The notes: generated from the letters alone by a model not told the origin. A stretch of DNA of 64,000 nt from Gemmatimonadales bacterium (GCA_041615815.1 JBFJCP010000020.1:7325-71324); one strand, 5' to 3'. Numbered from the stretch's first letter, positions 1-9,826 are shown. Program-made: numbers and translations.

Positions 1-77
1 TGCCAGCCAAAGAACGTGGCCATCCCCATTCCCAGAATGGGGAAGACGACGTTCTGAATCCAGATCCAGCTCGGCAT
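1..77 (-). CDS. 5' end of a membrane protein gene that runs off the window (partial)
   Basis: ATG at 75-77 (minus) with GGGAG about 6 nt upstream. Translates MPSWIWIQNVVFPILGMGMATFFGW..., which is hydrophobic. Only 25 codons are visible. Confidence 0.4.
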   Translation of the reverse strand, partial: MPSWIWIQNVVFPILGMGMATFFGW

Positions 78-119
78 CGCGGACTCCCGCCTAGTGTGTT
101 TTGGAGCGGTGGTGCGAGG

Positions 120-398
120 TCAGCTATCCCCCTTTGCCAGCCGCGCGCGCTCCTGCTGTTGCGTGAGCATTCGCTCTGCAAAATCGACCCGCTCCTCGAG
201 CTCGAACACGCGCTCTCGTTCTTGCTCCAGGACCTCGAGCCGAGTCCGCAGCTGATCCAATTCGGCACGAACCTCATTGGGAGCCGCAGCATCCCGACTC
301 CGGCCCTCGATCCGCCGGACGACGGCTCGTATCACCGGCAGCCCCAAAATGATTCCGGTCGCCATGCCCGCGAGGGGAATCAGAATATCCTCTAACAC
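120..398 (-). CDS. small single-pass membrane protein with C-terminal coiled coil (tandem paralogue 1 of 3)
   Basis: 92 aa. N-terminal hydrophobic helix (ILIPLAGMATGIILGLPVI), then a charged helical tail ending ELEERVDFAERML, a motif shared with the two upstream ORFs. Confidence 0.7.
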   Translation of the reverse strand: MLEDILIPLAGMATGIILGLPVIRAVVRRIEGRSRDAAAPNEVRAELDQLRTRLEVLEQERERVFELEERVDFAERMLTQQQERARLAKGDS

Positions 399-453
399 GG
401 GAGAATCTCGAGGCCCGCGGGTTGGTGCCAGGTGGCGCTGTGCGAGATGGCCC

Positions 454-720
454 TCACTTGTCTCCTGGGAGACTTTCCCGCTGCCGGGCCTGGGCCAGCA
501 AGCGCTCGGCGAAATCGAGACGCTCCTCCATCTCGGTCAGACGAAACTGCACGTCGTCCAGCACGGAGCGCACCTCGTGCCGCAGCTCCTCAAGCTCACG
601 GCTCGGCGCGCCGCTGGATCCCCCGGCAATCCGCTCGCCCAGCGCCTTTCCGAAGGGCCCTCGGAAGATCGAAACGAGACCGATCATCACAAAGAGGGTA
701 ATGGGAATGAGCGCCTCCAT
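454..720 (-). CDS. small single-pass membrane protein with C-terminal coiled coil (tandem paralogue 2 of 3)
   Basis: 88 aa. TM helix (LIPITLFVMIGLVSIF), RGPFGKALGER shared with paralogue 3, and the C-terminal EMEERLDFAERLL motif. Confidence 0.75.
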   Translation of the reverse strand: MEALIPITLFVMIGLVSIFRGPFGKALGERIAGGSSGAPSRELEELRHEVRSVLDDVQFRLTEMEERLDFAERLLAQARQRESLPGDK

Positions 721-722
721 CG

Positions 723-983
723 CTAATTCCGCGGGGGAAGCCGCTCACGCTCACGCGCAAGCACGCGCTCGGTGAAGTCCACCCGTTCCTCCATTTCGGT
801 CAGACGGTAACGCAGGTCTTCCACCTCGCTCCGAAGCGCTTCCACATCCGGGGACCCGTCGCGCACCGATCCACCACCGAGGCGTTCGCCCAGGGCTTTG
901 CCAAACGGCCCGCGGAGAATCGCCACCGCCGCGATGGACACAAACAGCGTGATGGGGACCAAGAAGACTGCGACTTCTTCCAT
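723..983 (-). CDS. small single-pass membrane protein with C-terminal coiled coil (tandem paralogue 3 of 3)
   Basis: I trimmed the track ORF (723-1100) to the internal ATG at 981-983, giving 86 aa (MEEVAVFLVPITLFVSIAAVAILRGPFGKALGER...EMEERVDFTERVL) colinear with paralogue 2. Its stop lies 2 nt before the start of paralogue 2. Confidence 0.75.
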   Translation of the reverse strand: MEEVAVFLVPITLFVSIAAVAILRGPFGKALGERLGGGSVRDGSPDVEALRSEVEDLRYRLTEMEERVDFTERVLARERERLPPRN

Positions 984-1152
984 TGAATACCGTCTCCTCG
1001 GAGCCCTGCGGCCCGTTCCTGGGCCGGACCCGCTCGGTACGAACGACCCGCTCCCTGAGTTCAGCGACCTCGTTTTGGGGGCGGCGACCGCCCTATGCAA
1101 CTACGGTCGCCGTTTCCCTTAGTGTCAACCACGCACCCACGATGCGCAACCG

Positions 1153-3993
1153 TCAGTCGGCCAGAATCTTTCTGAGGAACGCCCCAGTGTGCGACGCCGA
1201 GTTCTGCACGACGGCCTCCGGCGGTCCGGCAACCACGACCGCCCCCCCGGCGTCACCGCCGCCCGGACCGAGATCCACCACCCAGTCAGCGGTCTTGACC
1301 ACCTCGAGGTTGTGCTCGATGACGATCACCGTGTTCCCCCTGTCGACCAGGCGATGCAGCACGGTGAGCAGGAGGCGGACATCTTCGAAATGGAGCCCGG
1401 TGGTGGGCTCGTCCAGGATGTACAGCGTACGTCCCGTGTCCCGCTTACTCAGCTCCGTGGCGAGCTTGACGCGCTGCGCTTCGCCGCCGGAAAGCGTGGT
1501 CGCACTTTGTCCCAGATGCAGGTAGCCGAGTCCTACGTCGTTCAAGAGCTCCAGCCGGTTTCGGATCCGAGGCTGCGCATCGAAGAACTCGAGGGCATCG
1601 GCCACGGTCATCTCGAGGACGTCCGCAATGGACCGTCCCTTGTAGCGGACCTCGAGGGTCTCTCGATTGTAGCGCCGGCCTTTACACACGTCGCATGAGA
1701 CGTAGACGTCGGGCAGAAAGTGCATCTCGATCTTGACGAGACCATCACCTTGGCAGGATTCACACCGGCCGCCCTTGACATTGAACGAAAAGCGGCCGGG
1801 CCCATACCCCCGAATCTTCGATTCCGCGAGTTGCGCATAGAGCTCGCGGATGGGTGTAAAGAGTCCCGTGTACGTGGCTGGATTGGAGCGTGGGGTCCGG
1901 CCAATGGGGCTTTGATCGATATCGAGCACTTTGTCGAGCTGATCGAGCCCCTCGAGCCGGTCATGAGCACCCGGTAGGGTCTTGGCCCGATAGAGGTGTC
2001 GGGCCAACGCTCGGTACAGCACGTCCGTCACCAGCGTGGATTTCCCGGACCCCGATACGCCGGTGACGGCGACGAAGACTCCGAGGGGGAACTGCACGTC
2101 CAGTCGGCGGAGGTTGTGCTGGGAGGCACCCACAACCGTGAGCGTGCGGTTGCTGTCAACGGGCCGGCGCGCCGAGGGGATCGGGATGCGGAGCTCTCGG
2201 CGGAGGTATCGGCCGGTCAGCGACCCGGCGTGCGCGAGGACGGCGTCCACGGTTCCATCGACGATTACCTCGCCTCCGTCTCGCCCCGCCCGGGGGCCCA
2301 AGTCGATGACATGATCGGCCGAGCGGATGGTCTCTTCGTCGTGTTCCACCACGATCACGGTATTGCCCAAATCCCTGAGACCACGGAGCGTGTCGAGCAA
2401 ACGGGCGTTGTCCCGCGGGTGGAGCCCCACGGACGGCTCATCGAGCACGTAGAGCACCCCCACCAAACGGCTTCCGATCTGGGTGGCGAGCCGAATGCGC
2501 TGCGCCTCGCCGCCGGACAGCGACGACGCCGATCGTCCGAGGGTCAAATACTCGAGCCCGACATCGCACAAGAACCGCAGTCGATCCACCACTTCCTTCA
2601 GGATCGGGCCGGCGATGTCGGCTTGGACCCCGGTGTTGCCGTTCGATTGCAGCGGCAGGGTATCGAAGAAATCCAGCGCCGCGCGCACCGGGACGGCCGT
2701 CAGTTCGCCAATGCTGTTTCCGCCCACCAGGACACTGAGGCTCTCCGACTTGAGTCGGTGCCCGCCACAGGTATCGCAGGGCACTTCGGTCATGTACTCC
2801 TCGAGCTGCACCCGGACGGCGTCCGAGGTGGTCTCGCGGTAGCGACGGTCCACATTGGTGAGAATTCCCTCCCACTCGGCTTCATAGCTCCGTTTGGTAC
2901 CGGTGCGAAACCGAAACATCTTGCCCGAGACCCCGTGCAGCAGGGCTCGGGTGATCTTGGCCGGCAGCTCTCCCCACGGCCGGCCCGGATCGAACCCCAA
3001 TTCCGTGCCCAGCGTGGGAATGACCGTGTTCTTGAGATACCCGTGCGGCTCACCCCACGGCAGCACCACTCCCTCGAGCAGGGAGATGCGGGGGTCGCCC
3101 AGCACCAGGTCGGGGCTCACTTCCCGTCTCGTGCCCAGGCCGCCACAGTCGGCGCACGCGCCGTAGGGCGAGTTGAACGAGAACTGCCGTGGCTCCAGCT
3201 CGGCAAGTGAATAGCCGCATTGTGGACAGGCGAATTGCTCAGAGAAGAGGGTCACCGCTTCGCTGGTGCCATGGCGGATGACTTGGGCGAGCCCATCGGC
3301 GGCGCGGAGCGCTGTTTCGATGGAATCCCCGAGCCGGCGGTGGTCGTCGGGCCGCACCACGAGGCGGTCCACGACGAGCCCGATCTCATGATTGACCCGG
3401 CGGTTGAGCTTGGGCGGTTTGGCCAAGTCATGCACCGTGCCGTCGACCCGAACGCGAACGAACCCCTGGCGTCGAGCGCTCTCGAAGAGATCTTTGAACT
3501 CACCCTTGCGTCCCCGCACGAGGGGCGCGACGATCTCAATCTTGGTGCCCTGGGGCCAGGCCAACACGGCTTCTGTGATCTGTGACGCACTCTGTCGTTG
3601 GATGGGGGACCCATCTTTGGGACAGTGCGGGGTCCCGGCCCGGGCCCACAGGAGTCGGAGGTAATCGTAGATCTCGGTCACGGTCCCGACCGTCGACCGG
3701 GGGTTATGTCCTGCCGTCTTCTGTTCGATAGAAATAGCAGGGGAGAGCCCATCGATGCCGTCGACATCGGGCTTCTCCATCAGACCGAGGAATTGCCGAG
3801 CATAGGCGGACAGCGACTCCACGTATCGCCGCTGTCCCTCGGCGTAAATAGTGTCGAAGGCGAGGGATGATTTGCCGGACCCCGAGAGCCCAGTGATCAC
3901 TGTGAGACGGTTTCGCGGAATCTCCACGTCCACGTTTTTGAGATTGTGGACCCGAGCACCGCGAACCACGAGATTGTCGCGCACCATAACCAT
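1153..3993 (-). CDS. uvrA: excinuclease ABC subunit A
   Basis: 946 aa. Canonical UvrA N-terminus ([57 protein letters not shown]), a second Walker A (GVSGSGKST), and zinc-finger Cys pairs ([31 protein letters not shown]). Confidence 0.97.
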   Translation of the reverse strand: MVMVRDNLVVRGARVHNLKNVDVEIPRNRLTVITGLSGSGKSSLAFDTIYAEGQRRYVESLSAYARQFLGLMEKPDVDGIDGLSPAISIEQKTAGHNPRSTVGTVTEIYDYLRLLWARAGTPHCPKDGSPIQRQSASQITEAVLAWPQGTKIEIVAPLVRGRKGEFKDLFESARRQGFVRVRVDGTVHDLAKPPKLNRRVNHEIGLVVDRLVVRPDDHRRLGDSIETALRAADGLAQVIRHGTSEAVTLFSEQFACPQCGYSLAELEPRQFSFNSPYGACADCGGLGTRREVSPDLVLGDPRISLLEGVVLPWGEPHGYLKNTVIPTLGTELGFDPGRPWGELPAKITRALLHGVSGKMFRFRTGTKRSYEAEWEGILTNVDRRYRETTSDAVRVQLEEYMTEVPCDTCGGHRLKSESLSVLVGGNSIGELTAVPVRAALDFFDTLPLQSNGNTGVQADIAGPILKEVVDRLRFLCDVGLEYLTLGRSASSLSGGEAQRIRLATQIGSRLVGVLYVLDEPSVGLHPRDNARLLDTLRGLRDLGNTVIVVEHDEETIRSADHVIDLGPRAGRDGGEVIVDGTVDAVLAHAGSLTGRYLRRELRIPIPSARRPVDSNRTLTVVGASQHNLRRLDVQFPLGVFVAVTGVSGSGKSTLVTDVLYRALARHLYRAKTLPGAHDRLEGLDQLDKVLDIDQSPIGRTPRSNPATYTGLFTPIRELYAQLAESKIRGYGPGRFSFNVKGGRCESCQGDGLVKIEMHFLPDVYVSCDVCKGRRYNRETLEVRYKGRSIADVLEMTVADALEFFDAQPRIRNRLELLNDVGLGYLHLGQSATTLSGGEAQRVKLATELSKRDTGRTLYILDEPTTGLHFEDVRLLLTVLHRLVDRGNTVIVIEHNLEVVKTADWVVDLGPGGGDAGGAVVVAGPPEAVVQNSASHTGAFLRKILAD

Positions 3994-4060
3994 GAAACGT
4001 AGAGCGCGCTCAGGCCCCAGGTCAATTCCCCTGGCCCGGTGCGAACGTGCTTGCGATCAT

Positions 4061-4088
4061 GGGAGGGAGCCCGTAGTTTCTCCCTCCC
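4061..4088. promoter_or_regulatory. perfect 9-bp inverted repeat (GGGAGGGAG-N10-CTCCCTCCC) in the uvrA/cutA divergent intergenic region
   Basis: Read directly: 4061-4069 gggagggag, 10-nt loop, 4080-4088 ctccctccc. It lies between the uvrA start (3993, minus) and the likely cutA start (4108, plus). Confidence 0.3.
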
Positions 4089-4107
4089 TTTCCGGCCCGG
4101 ACGTTCA

Positions 4108-4464
4108 ATGGTGATGCGCGGCTACGGCGCCTCGACTCATCTGGTCGTTTTGACGACGTTGGAAAACCCCGAACAGGCTCGCACGCTCATCCGTCGACTC
4201 CTGGACGAGCGCCTCGTCGCCTGCGGTACGGTTGTCGGTAACGTGACCTCGGTCTATCGGTGGAAAGGGGCGGTGGAAGAGACCACCGAGACGCAGGTGC
4301 TCTTGAAGACGCGGCAGGACTGTTGGCCCGAGCTCGAGGCCGCCGTGCGGCGATGGCATCCGTACGAGGTCCCGGAGTTGCTGGCACTCCCCGTGCAGGA
4401 GGGTCTCCCCGCATACCTCGATTGGGTACGGGACGAAACACACGCGGAAGGTGGGACGGCATGA
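4108..4464 (+). CDS. cutA: divalent-cation tolerance protein CutA
   Basis: CutA1-like pattern: [58 protein letters not shown]...[23 protein letters not shown] chose the start at ATG 4108 because the 23 residues upstream in the track ORF are not CutA-like. Confidence 0.85.
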   Translation: MVMRGYGASTHLVVLTTLENPEQARTLIRRLLDERLVACGTVVGNVTSVYRWKGAVEETTETQVLLKTRQDCWPELEAAVRRWHPYEVPELLALPVQEGLPAYLDWVRDETHAEGGTA

Positions 4465-5345
4465 CCCGACGACGAACCCGCCGCCGACGTCTGCGACGTC
4501 GTCTCGGCGCCCAGTTGGCCACGCGATCTCGGTGGGGGAACAGCGAAGAGGAATCGGCCCAGGAAGAGGACATGACGGCCGAACCGGATCCCACCGACGG
4601 CAACGTAGCCACCGATGCGCGTCGTCCCCCAACGTTCGAGCTCGTCGACGGCGAAGGAACCGTGTTGGAAGCCGAGCAGGCCGCACCGCCACCGTCCATC
4701 ACCGCCGTTACGCCGCCCCACTTGCCGCAAAGCGACGAGCTCCTCTACCGCGCGGCCCGCGAGGCAGACGCTCGCGGTGACACGGCGAGGGCCATCGCCA
4801 TTTACCGGCAGCTCGTGGATCAGGCGCCGCAGCACGTCCGAGCCCGCAACAACCTCGCACTCCTCTTGGATAACGTGGGAGATCATGTGGGCGCGCTCCA
4901 GGAGCTGGAAGCGTGCCTGCATTTCGAGCCCAACAACCCGCATGTCCTGGTGAACCGGGGTGCCGTGTTGGGCGCGACCGGCAGCTTCGCCGCAGCCGAA
5001 TCCGACCTCCGGCGCGTGGTGCAGATGGAGCCGGGCAACGCGGAGGCACACTTCAACCTGGGACTGGTGATCTCTCGTCGGGGGCTCTGGCGTGACGCCA
5101 TCCCGCATCTCCGCCGCGCCATCGAATTGGATTCGAGCCGTGCCACGGCGTACTTCTATCTCGGCGAAGCGTTGAATCACGTGGACGACTTGGATGGTGC
5201 GCTCCAGTCGTACCAGCGGGCGGTGGAGCTCCGGCCCCACAACCCCAAGGCCTTGTACGGGCTGGGAATCATCTTCGATCGCATGAACCGCCCGGAGGAG
5301 GCCGCGCAGATGTACCGCCGTTCGCGGGAACTCGCCGGACAGTGA
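4461..5345 (+). CDS. TPR-repeat protein with Arg-rich N-terminus
   Basis: ATG 4461 overlaps the cutA stop (ATGA). About six TPR-like units, e.g. AIAIYRQLVDQAPQHVRARNNLALLL, AEAHFNLGLVISRRGLWRDAIPHLRRAIELD, PKALYGLGIIFDRMNRPEEAAQMY. Confidence 0.8.
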   Translation: MTRRRTRRRRLRRRLGAQLATRSRWGNSEEESAQEEDMTAEPDPTDGNVATDARRPPTFELVDGEGTVLEAEQAAPPPSITAVTPPHLPQSDELLYRAAREADARGDTARAIAIYRQLVDQAPQHVRARNNLALLLDNVGDHVGALQELEACLHFEPNNPHVLVNRGAVLGATGSFAAAESDLRRVVQMEPGNAEAHFNLGLVISRRGLWRDAIPHLRRAIELDSSRATAYFYLGEALNHVDDLDGALQSYQRAVELRPHNPKALYGLGIIFDRMNRPEEAAQMYRRSRELAGQ

Positions 5346-5848
5346 TCCGCGTGGTCGTAGAGGACCTCGCGTCCATCCCGGCGGACGCGGTGGTTCGACC
5401 TGCGACAGCCAGCCTCGCTCCCTCCTCACCCGCCCTCCGCCGACTCGAGCAGGTCGGCGGCGCTGCGTTGCGGGAGGCCCTCACCCTCCACGAAGAATTG
5501 GAAGTCGGCGCCGCGGTCGTGACCCCCGGCGGCGGTCTCGCCGCCGAGCTGGTCATTCACGCGGTCATCCTGAGCGCCGACCGGCCCGATGTTACCCCCC
5601 GCGGGGTCGAGCTCGCGCTCACCGGAGTGCTACAGCGCGCCAACGACTTCGAGCTCGCCCGGATCGCCATGCCGCCGGTGGGGGCGGGCCCAGACCACCT
5701 GGCGCTGGAGGACGCCATCCGTGTGCTTGGCCAGGTGCTGCGCCGTGATCTTCCCCACAAAACCTACCCCAAGGAGGTGTGTATAGTGGTGGATACCCCG
5801 GAGGAGCAATTGCTGGTCGAACGCCTCCTCCCAGGAGACGACCTGTGA
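5342..5848 (+). CDS. macro-domain-like protein (divergent motifs)
   Basis: GTG 5342 overlaps the TPR gene stop (GTGA). Macro-like core VGAAVVTPGGGLAAELVIHAV and IAMPPVGAGPD are present. The usual N-terminal NAAN...GGG loop is replaced by RPATASLAPSSPAL. Confidence 0.7.
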   Translation: MIRVVVEDLASIPADAVVRPATASLAPSSPALRRLEQVGGAALREALTLHEELEVGAAVVTPGGGLAAELVIHAVILSADRPDVTPRGVELALTGVLQRANDFELARIAMPPVGAGPDHLALEDAIRVLGQVLRRDLPHKTYPKEVCIVVDTPEEQLLVERLLPGDDL

Positions 5849-7389
5849 ACCGACGCGCGCTGGCGATTCTCATTCTCGTATTTTGGGCGGTAGCGCTGGG
5901 ATGGCTGCTACGACGAGAACTCTTCCGTCCGCAGGCCCGGCTCCTCGCCGAGGCGGCGCTGAGCGTCTCGCCAGGCGCGACCTACTATCAGGTGCTGCTC
6001 GGGCAGGAGCAGATCGGTTTTGCGACAAACAAAGTCGACACGCTCACCGACGCCATTCGGGTCGAGGACGCGATGCTGTTACAGATCCCGGCCCTCGGAA
6101 GCCTGCAGCGCGTGGACGCCAGAACCGAGGCACACCTGACCAGATCGCTCAAGCTCGTCGGGTTCGACGCGACGCTCCGAAGCGACGACGCGCGATTTGC
6201 CGCGACGGGCACGGTGTCCGGGGACACCCTGTTGACGGTGGAAATCACGAGTGGAGACTCCCCCCGCACGGTACGGGTGCCCTTGGATGAGCCCATCGTG
6301 CTCCCCGGCCCCATGCCGCTGCAACTCACCTTTGGCGGGGGGCTCGAGGTTGGCAAACGCTACAGCCTCCGCATGTTCGACCCGCTCTTGCTCGCGGCGC
6401 GGGAGATCACGGTCACGGTGACGGCGGAATCGACTTTGGTCGTACCGGACTCGGCAACGCTCGATCCCGCAACGGACACCTGGATCCCGGCGCGCTGGGA
6501 CACGCTGCGGGCCTGGCGCGTGTCGCAAGAGCTGAGCGGCGTGGAGGTCAACGCGTGGATCGACGAGATGGGACAGATCGTCGAAGCCACTTCCCCCATG
6601 GGATTCGCGCTGCGACGCACGGCGTTCGAGATCGCCTACGAGAATTTCCGGCGGCGTGGCCCCACGCCGCTTGCCGGAGCCTCGGACATCATTCGCGGAA
6701 CGGCGATCGCCGCGAATATCGGGGTGGGGACAGAGCAGCTGCGCGAACTGCGCGCGCGGCTCACGGGCGTGGATCTCACCCGCTTCGATCTCGGGGGCGG
6801 CCGCCAGCGGCTCGCCGGAGATACCCTGATCGTCCGTCGCGAGCCCGAAACCGCGATGCGTCCGACGTATGTACTCCCCCGTGCACCGGACAGCCTCCGC
6901 CCGTTTCTACGACCGGAGCCGTTGATCCAAAGTGACGATCCACGGATCCAAGCCCAGGCACGCCAGATCGTGGGCCGCGAGCGCCAGCCGCGCCGCGCAG
7001 CTCAACAACTCGTGCGCTGGGTCTACCGCGAGCTGGACAAACGGGTCACCGTGAGCGTTCCCAACGCTCTCGAGGTGCTTTCATCACGGGCTGGCGATTG
7101 CAACGAGCACACGGTGTTGTTCGTTGCGCTCGCCAGGGCCATCGGTATTCCAGCCCGCACGGCAGCGGGGCTCGTGTACGTGGACGACGCCTTCTACTAC
7201 CATGCGTGGCCCGAGGTGTACCTCGGCGAGTGGGTGGCGGTGGACCCAACGTTCGATCAGTTCCCCGCCGACGCCGCCCACCTGCGGTTCACGATCGGTG
7301 GGCTCGCGCGCCAGGTCGAGCTGGTGCGCCTCATTGGGCGCCTCGAAATTGAGGTGCAGTCCTCCGACCGGCAGGTGCAAGGTCCATGA
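5845..7389 (+). CDS. membrane-anchored transglutaminase-like cysteine protease family protein
   Basis: GTG 5845 overlaps the upstream stop (GTGA). N-terminal TM (ALAILILVFWAVALGWLL). C-terminal transglutaminase core triad context: AGDCNEHTVLF (Cys), YYHAWPEVY (His), VAVDPT (Asp). Confidence 0.85.
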   Translation: MNRRALAILILVFWAVALGWLLRRELFRPQARLLAEAALSVSPGATYYQVLLGQEQIGFATNKVDTLTDAIRVEDAMLLQIPALGSLQRVDARTEAHLTRSLKLVGFDATLRSDDARFAATGTVSGDTLLTVEITSGDSPRTVRVPLDEPIVLPGPMPLQLTFGGGLEVGKRYSLRMFDPLLLAAREITVTVTAESTLVVPDSATLDPATDTWIPARWDTLRAWRVSQELSGVEVNAWIDEMGQIVEATSPMGFALRRTAFEIAYENFRRRGPTPLAGASDIIRGTAIAANIGVGTEQLRELRARLTGVDLTRFDLGGGRQRLAGDTLIVRREPETAMRPTYVLPRAPDSLRPFLRPEPLIQSDDPRIQAQARQIVGRERQPRRAAQQLVRWVYRELDKRVTVSVPNALEVLSSRAGDCNEHTVLFVALARAIGIPARTAAGLVYVDDAFYYHAWPEVYLGEWVAVDPTFDQFPADAAHLRFTIGGLARQVELVRLIGRLEIEVQSSDRQVQGP

Positions 7390-8144
7390 TTCGCTTGGAA
7401 GCCCTCACCAAGACCTACGGCTCGTTCGTGGCCGTCGATCACCTCGATCTGCACGTGCCCAGGGGCGAGCTGTTTGGCTTCCTGGGCCCCAACGGCGCCG
7501 GAAAGACCACCACACTCCGCATGATCGCCGGGATCATGCGGCCAACGGCGGGGCGGATTTGGCTCGGTGGTGACGACCTGCTGACCAGCCCCATGGCCGC
7601 GAAGGCCCGGCTTGGTTTCATCCCTGACCGGCCGTTCGTGTACGAGAAACTCACGGGCGCCGAGTTCCTACGGTTCGTCGCCGGTTTGTACGGCCAGGAC
7701 GGCGAACTCGTGGAACGACGCATCGACGAGCTCCTCGAGGTCTTCGAGCTGCAAGTGTGGAAGGACGAGCTCGTCGAATCGTATTCGCACGGGATGCGAC
7801 AGAAGCTGATCATCTCGAGCGCGGTGATTCACCGACCGGAGTGCATTGTGGTGGACGAACCGATGGTGGGGCTCGATCCCAGGGCCGCCCGTCTCCTGAA
7901 AAACATCTTCCGCGAGTTCGTCGACCGCGGTGGAACGGTGCTGATGAGCACGCACACCCTCGAGGTGGCCGAAGCCATGTGCGACCGGATCGCGATCATC
8001 CAAGGCGGCAAGATCGTGGCGCAGGGCACGATGGATGAGCTCCGGCGGCACGGAGCGGCCGGCGATGTATCGCTGGAAGATCTGTTTCTCCGACTCACGG
8101 GAGGCGCCGCGGCGAGGCAACTCGCCGCCGTCCTGGACGGCTGA
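7386..8144 (+). CDS. ABC transporter ATP-binding protein
   Basis: Walker A GPNGAGKTT, signature YSHGMRQKL, Walker B IVVDEP. ATG overlaps the upstream stop (ATGA). Confidence 0.95.
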   Translation: MIRLEALTKTYGSFVAVDHLDLHVPRGELFGFLGPNGAGKTTTLRMIAGIMRPTAGRIWLGGDDLLTSPMAAKARLGFIPDRPFVYEKLTGAEFLRFVAGLYGQDGELVERRIDELLEVFELQVWKDELVESYSHGMRQKLIISSAVIHRPECIVVDEPMVGLDPRAARLLKNIFREFVDRGGTVLMSTHTLEVAEAMCDRIAIIQGGKIVAQGTMDELRRHGAAGDVSLEDLFLRLTGGAAARQLAAVLDG

Positions 8145-9826
8145 TGTCGTCGCTTTCACTGTTGGTGAAGCCGAAATGGCAAACCTTCCTGACCAGGATG
8201 CGGCAGGAACGGAGCGAGAGCGGTTCGAAGGCCTTACTCGTGGCTTCGGTGGGCCTGCTCTTCTGGTTTGCGGTCTTCGGCGTCATGTACCGGGTGTTAC
8301 GCTACTTCCGCGGGGTCGAAGAGATCGGCTCGCTCCTCGCGGGGAAGCTCCTGGGCCTCGTCCTCCTGTCGTTCTTGGCGATCCTCCTGCTCTCCAACCT
8401 CATCACGGCGCTCTCCACGTTCTTCTTGGCGAAAGATCTCGATCTGCTGGCCAATGCGCCGGTCGATTGGCTCCACATCTATCTCGCGAAACTCGGTGAG
8501 ACGATGGTCCACAGTTCGTGGATGGTGGCGCTCATGGCGGTCCCGATCTTCAGCGCCTACGGCGTGATCTACGATGGCGGCTTGCTGTTCGCGATTCATG
8601 CGCTCGTGCTCTTCGTTCCACTTCTGATCGTGCCGGCGGTGCTTGGCAGTGCCATCACGCTGATCCTCGTCAACATCTTTCCGGCCCGCCGCACACGGGA
8701 TCTGCTGTCCGTGATCGCGATCGGGGCGGCCGGTGTGGTGGTGCTCCTGTTCCGTGTGATCCGGCCGGAACAGCTCGCTCGTCCGGAGGGCTTTCGAAAT
8801 CTGCTGGATTTCATCACCGTGTTGCGCACGCCCACGTCGCCGTTCCTACCGAGCGAGTGGGCGACCGACGCAGCCATGGGGTTGCTCGTGGGACCGTTCG
8901 ATCCCTTCCCGGTGATGCTGCTCTGGAGCACGGCGGCCGCGTTCGTGGTCCTCGGAGCGATCCTGCACGCCCGGCTCTATCCTGCTGGCTTCACCAAGGC
9001 GCAGGAAGGTGCCGAGCGGTTCGTGAAGGGGTGGGTGTGGCGGGTCATGCTGGAACCACTCTTTAAGCCGCTGTCCGTGGCCAAGCGTGAGTTCATCATC
9101 AAGGATCTCAAGCTCTTCTTTCGCGATACGACTCAGTGGAGCCAACTCATCTTGTTGGGCGTCCTGGTGGTGATCTACCTGTTCAACATTCGCGCACTCC
9201 CCCTGTTTACCGGCGAGCGCGTCCCCTTCCTGCTCGTGACCGTGGTGTCGTTTCTGAATCTCGGGCTCGCGGGGTTCGTGCTGGCTTCCATTGCCGCGCG
9301 CTTCATTTTTCCGTCGATCTCACTCGAGGGACGGCAGATGTGGCTGCTCCGCTCGAGCCCGCTTGATCTTCGGGCCCTGCTATGGTCCAAGTATTGGATA
9401 GGCACTATCCCGCTCTTGGTCCTCGCCCTGATCATCACGATCTTCACGAATGTCCTGCTGCGGGTGACTCCGTTCATGATGATCGTCAGCGTGGGAACCA
9501 TCGTGCTCCTGACGTTCGCCATCGGGGCCATGGCCCTAGGATTCGGCGCGCTGTACCCGCAGTTCGAGACCGAGAATGCCGCGCAGATTCCTACCTCGTT
9601 TGGCGGCTTAATCTTCATGATGGCGACGATCGCGCTGCTGGCAGCGGTGATCGTGATCGAAGCCGTGCCCGTCTACGGGTATCTCCGCGCGGCGACGCTC
9701 GGGACACCGGTGGGACTGAGCGGTACGATGGTGACCGCCTTCGTGGGGGTTGCCGTGCTTTGTGCCGTCGCCACCGTACTTCCGCTGCGCATCGGCCTGC
9801 AGCGCATGCAGGCGTTCGAGTTCTAG
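8144..9826 (+). CDS. polytopic ABC-exporter-type permease
   Basis: 560 aa with more than 10 hydrophobic segments. The start overlaps the ATPase stop by 1 nt (TGATG). Confidence 0.8.
   Translation: MSSLSLLVKPKWQTFLTRMRQERSESGSKALLVASVGLLFWFAVFGVMYRVLRYFRGVEEIGSLLAGKLLGLVLLSFLAILLLSNLITALSTFFLAKDLDLLANAPVDWLHIYLAKLGETMVHSSWMVALMAVPIFSAYGVIYDGGLLFAIHALVLFVPLLIVPAVLGSAITLILVNIFPARRTRDLLSVIAIGAAGVVVLLFRVIRPEQLARPEGFRNLLDFITVLRTPTSPFLPSEWATDAAMGLLVGPFDPFPVMLLWSTAAAFVVLGAILHARLYPAGFTKAQEGAERFVKGWVWRVMLEPLFKPLSVAKREFIIKDLKLFFRDTTQWSQLILLGVLVVIYLFNIRALPLFTGERVPFLLVTVVSFLNLGLAGFVLASIAARFIFPSISLEGRQMWLLRSSPLDLRALLWSKYWIGTIPLLVLALIITIFTNVLLRVTPFMMIVSVGTIVLLTFAIGAMALGFGALYPQFETENAAQIPTSFGGLIFMMATIALLAAVIVIEAVPVYGYLRAATLGTPVGLSGTMVTAFVGVAVLCAVATVLPLRIGLQRMQAFEF

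Noticed and set aside
1996-3210. 404-aa plus-strand ORF (and several shorter ones) inside the uvrA region
   Set aside because: It is antisense to an unmistakable uvrA reading frame. The Arg/Gly/Pro/His-rich low-complexity translation is typical of shadow ORFs in GC-rich DNA.
4030-4060. Possible SOS (LexA/Cheo-type) box upstream of uvrA
   Set aside because: Only a half-site-like CGAACGTGCTTGCG is present. The second half (GTTC) is missing, and no CTGT-N8-ACAG is seen.
4254-5429. 391-aa minus-strand ORF
   Set aside because: It is antisense to the cutA, TPR and macro genes. The composition is Arg/Gly/Pro-rich and it has no motifs.
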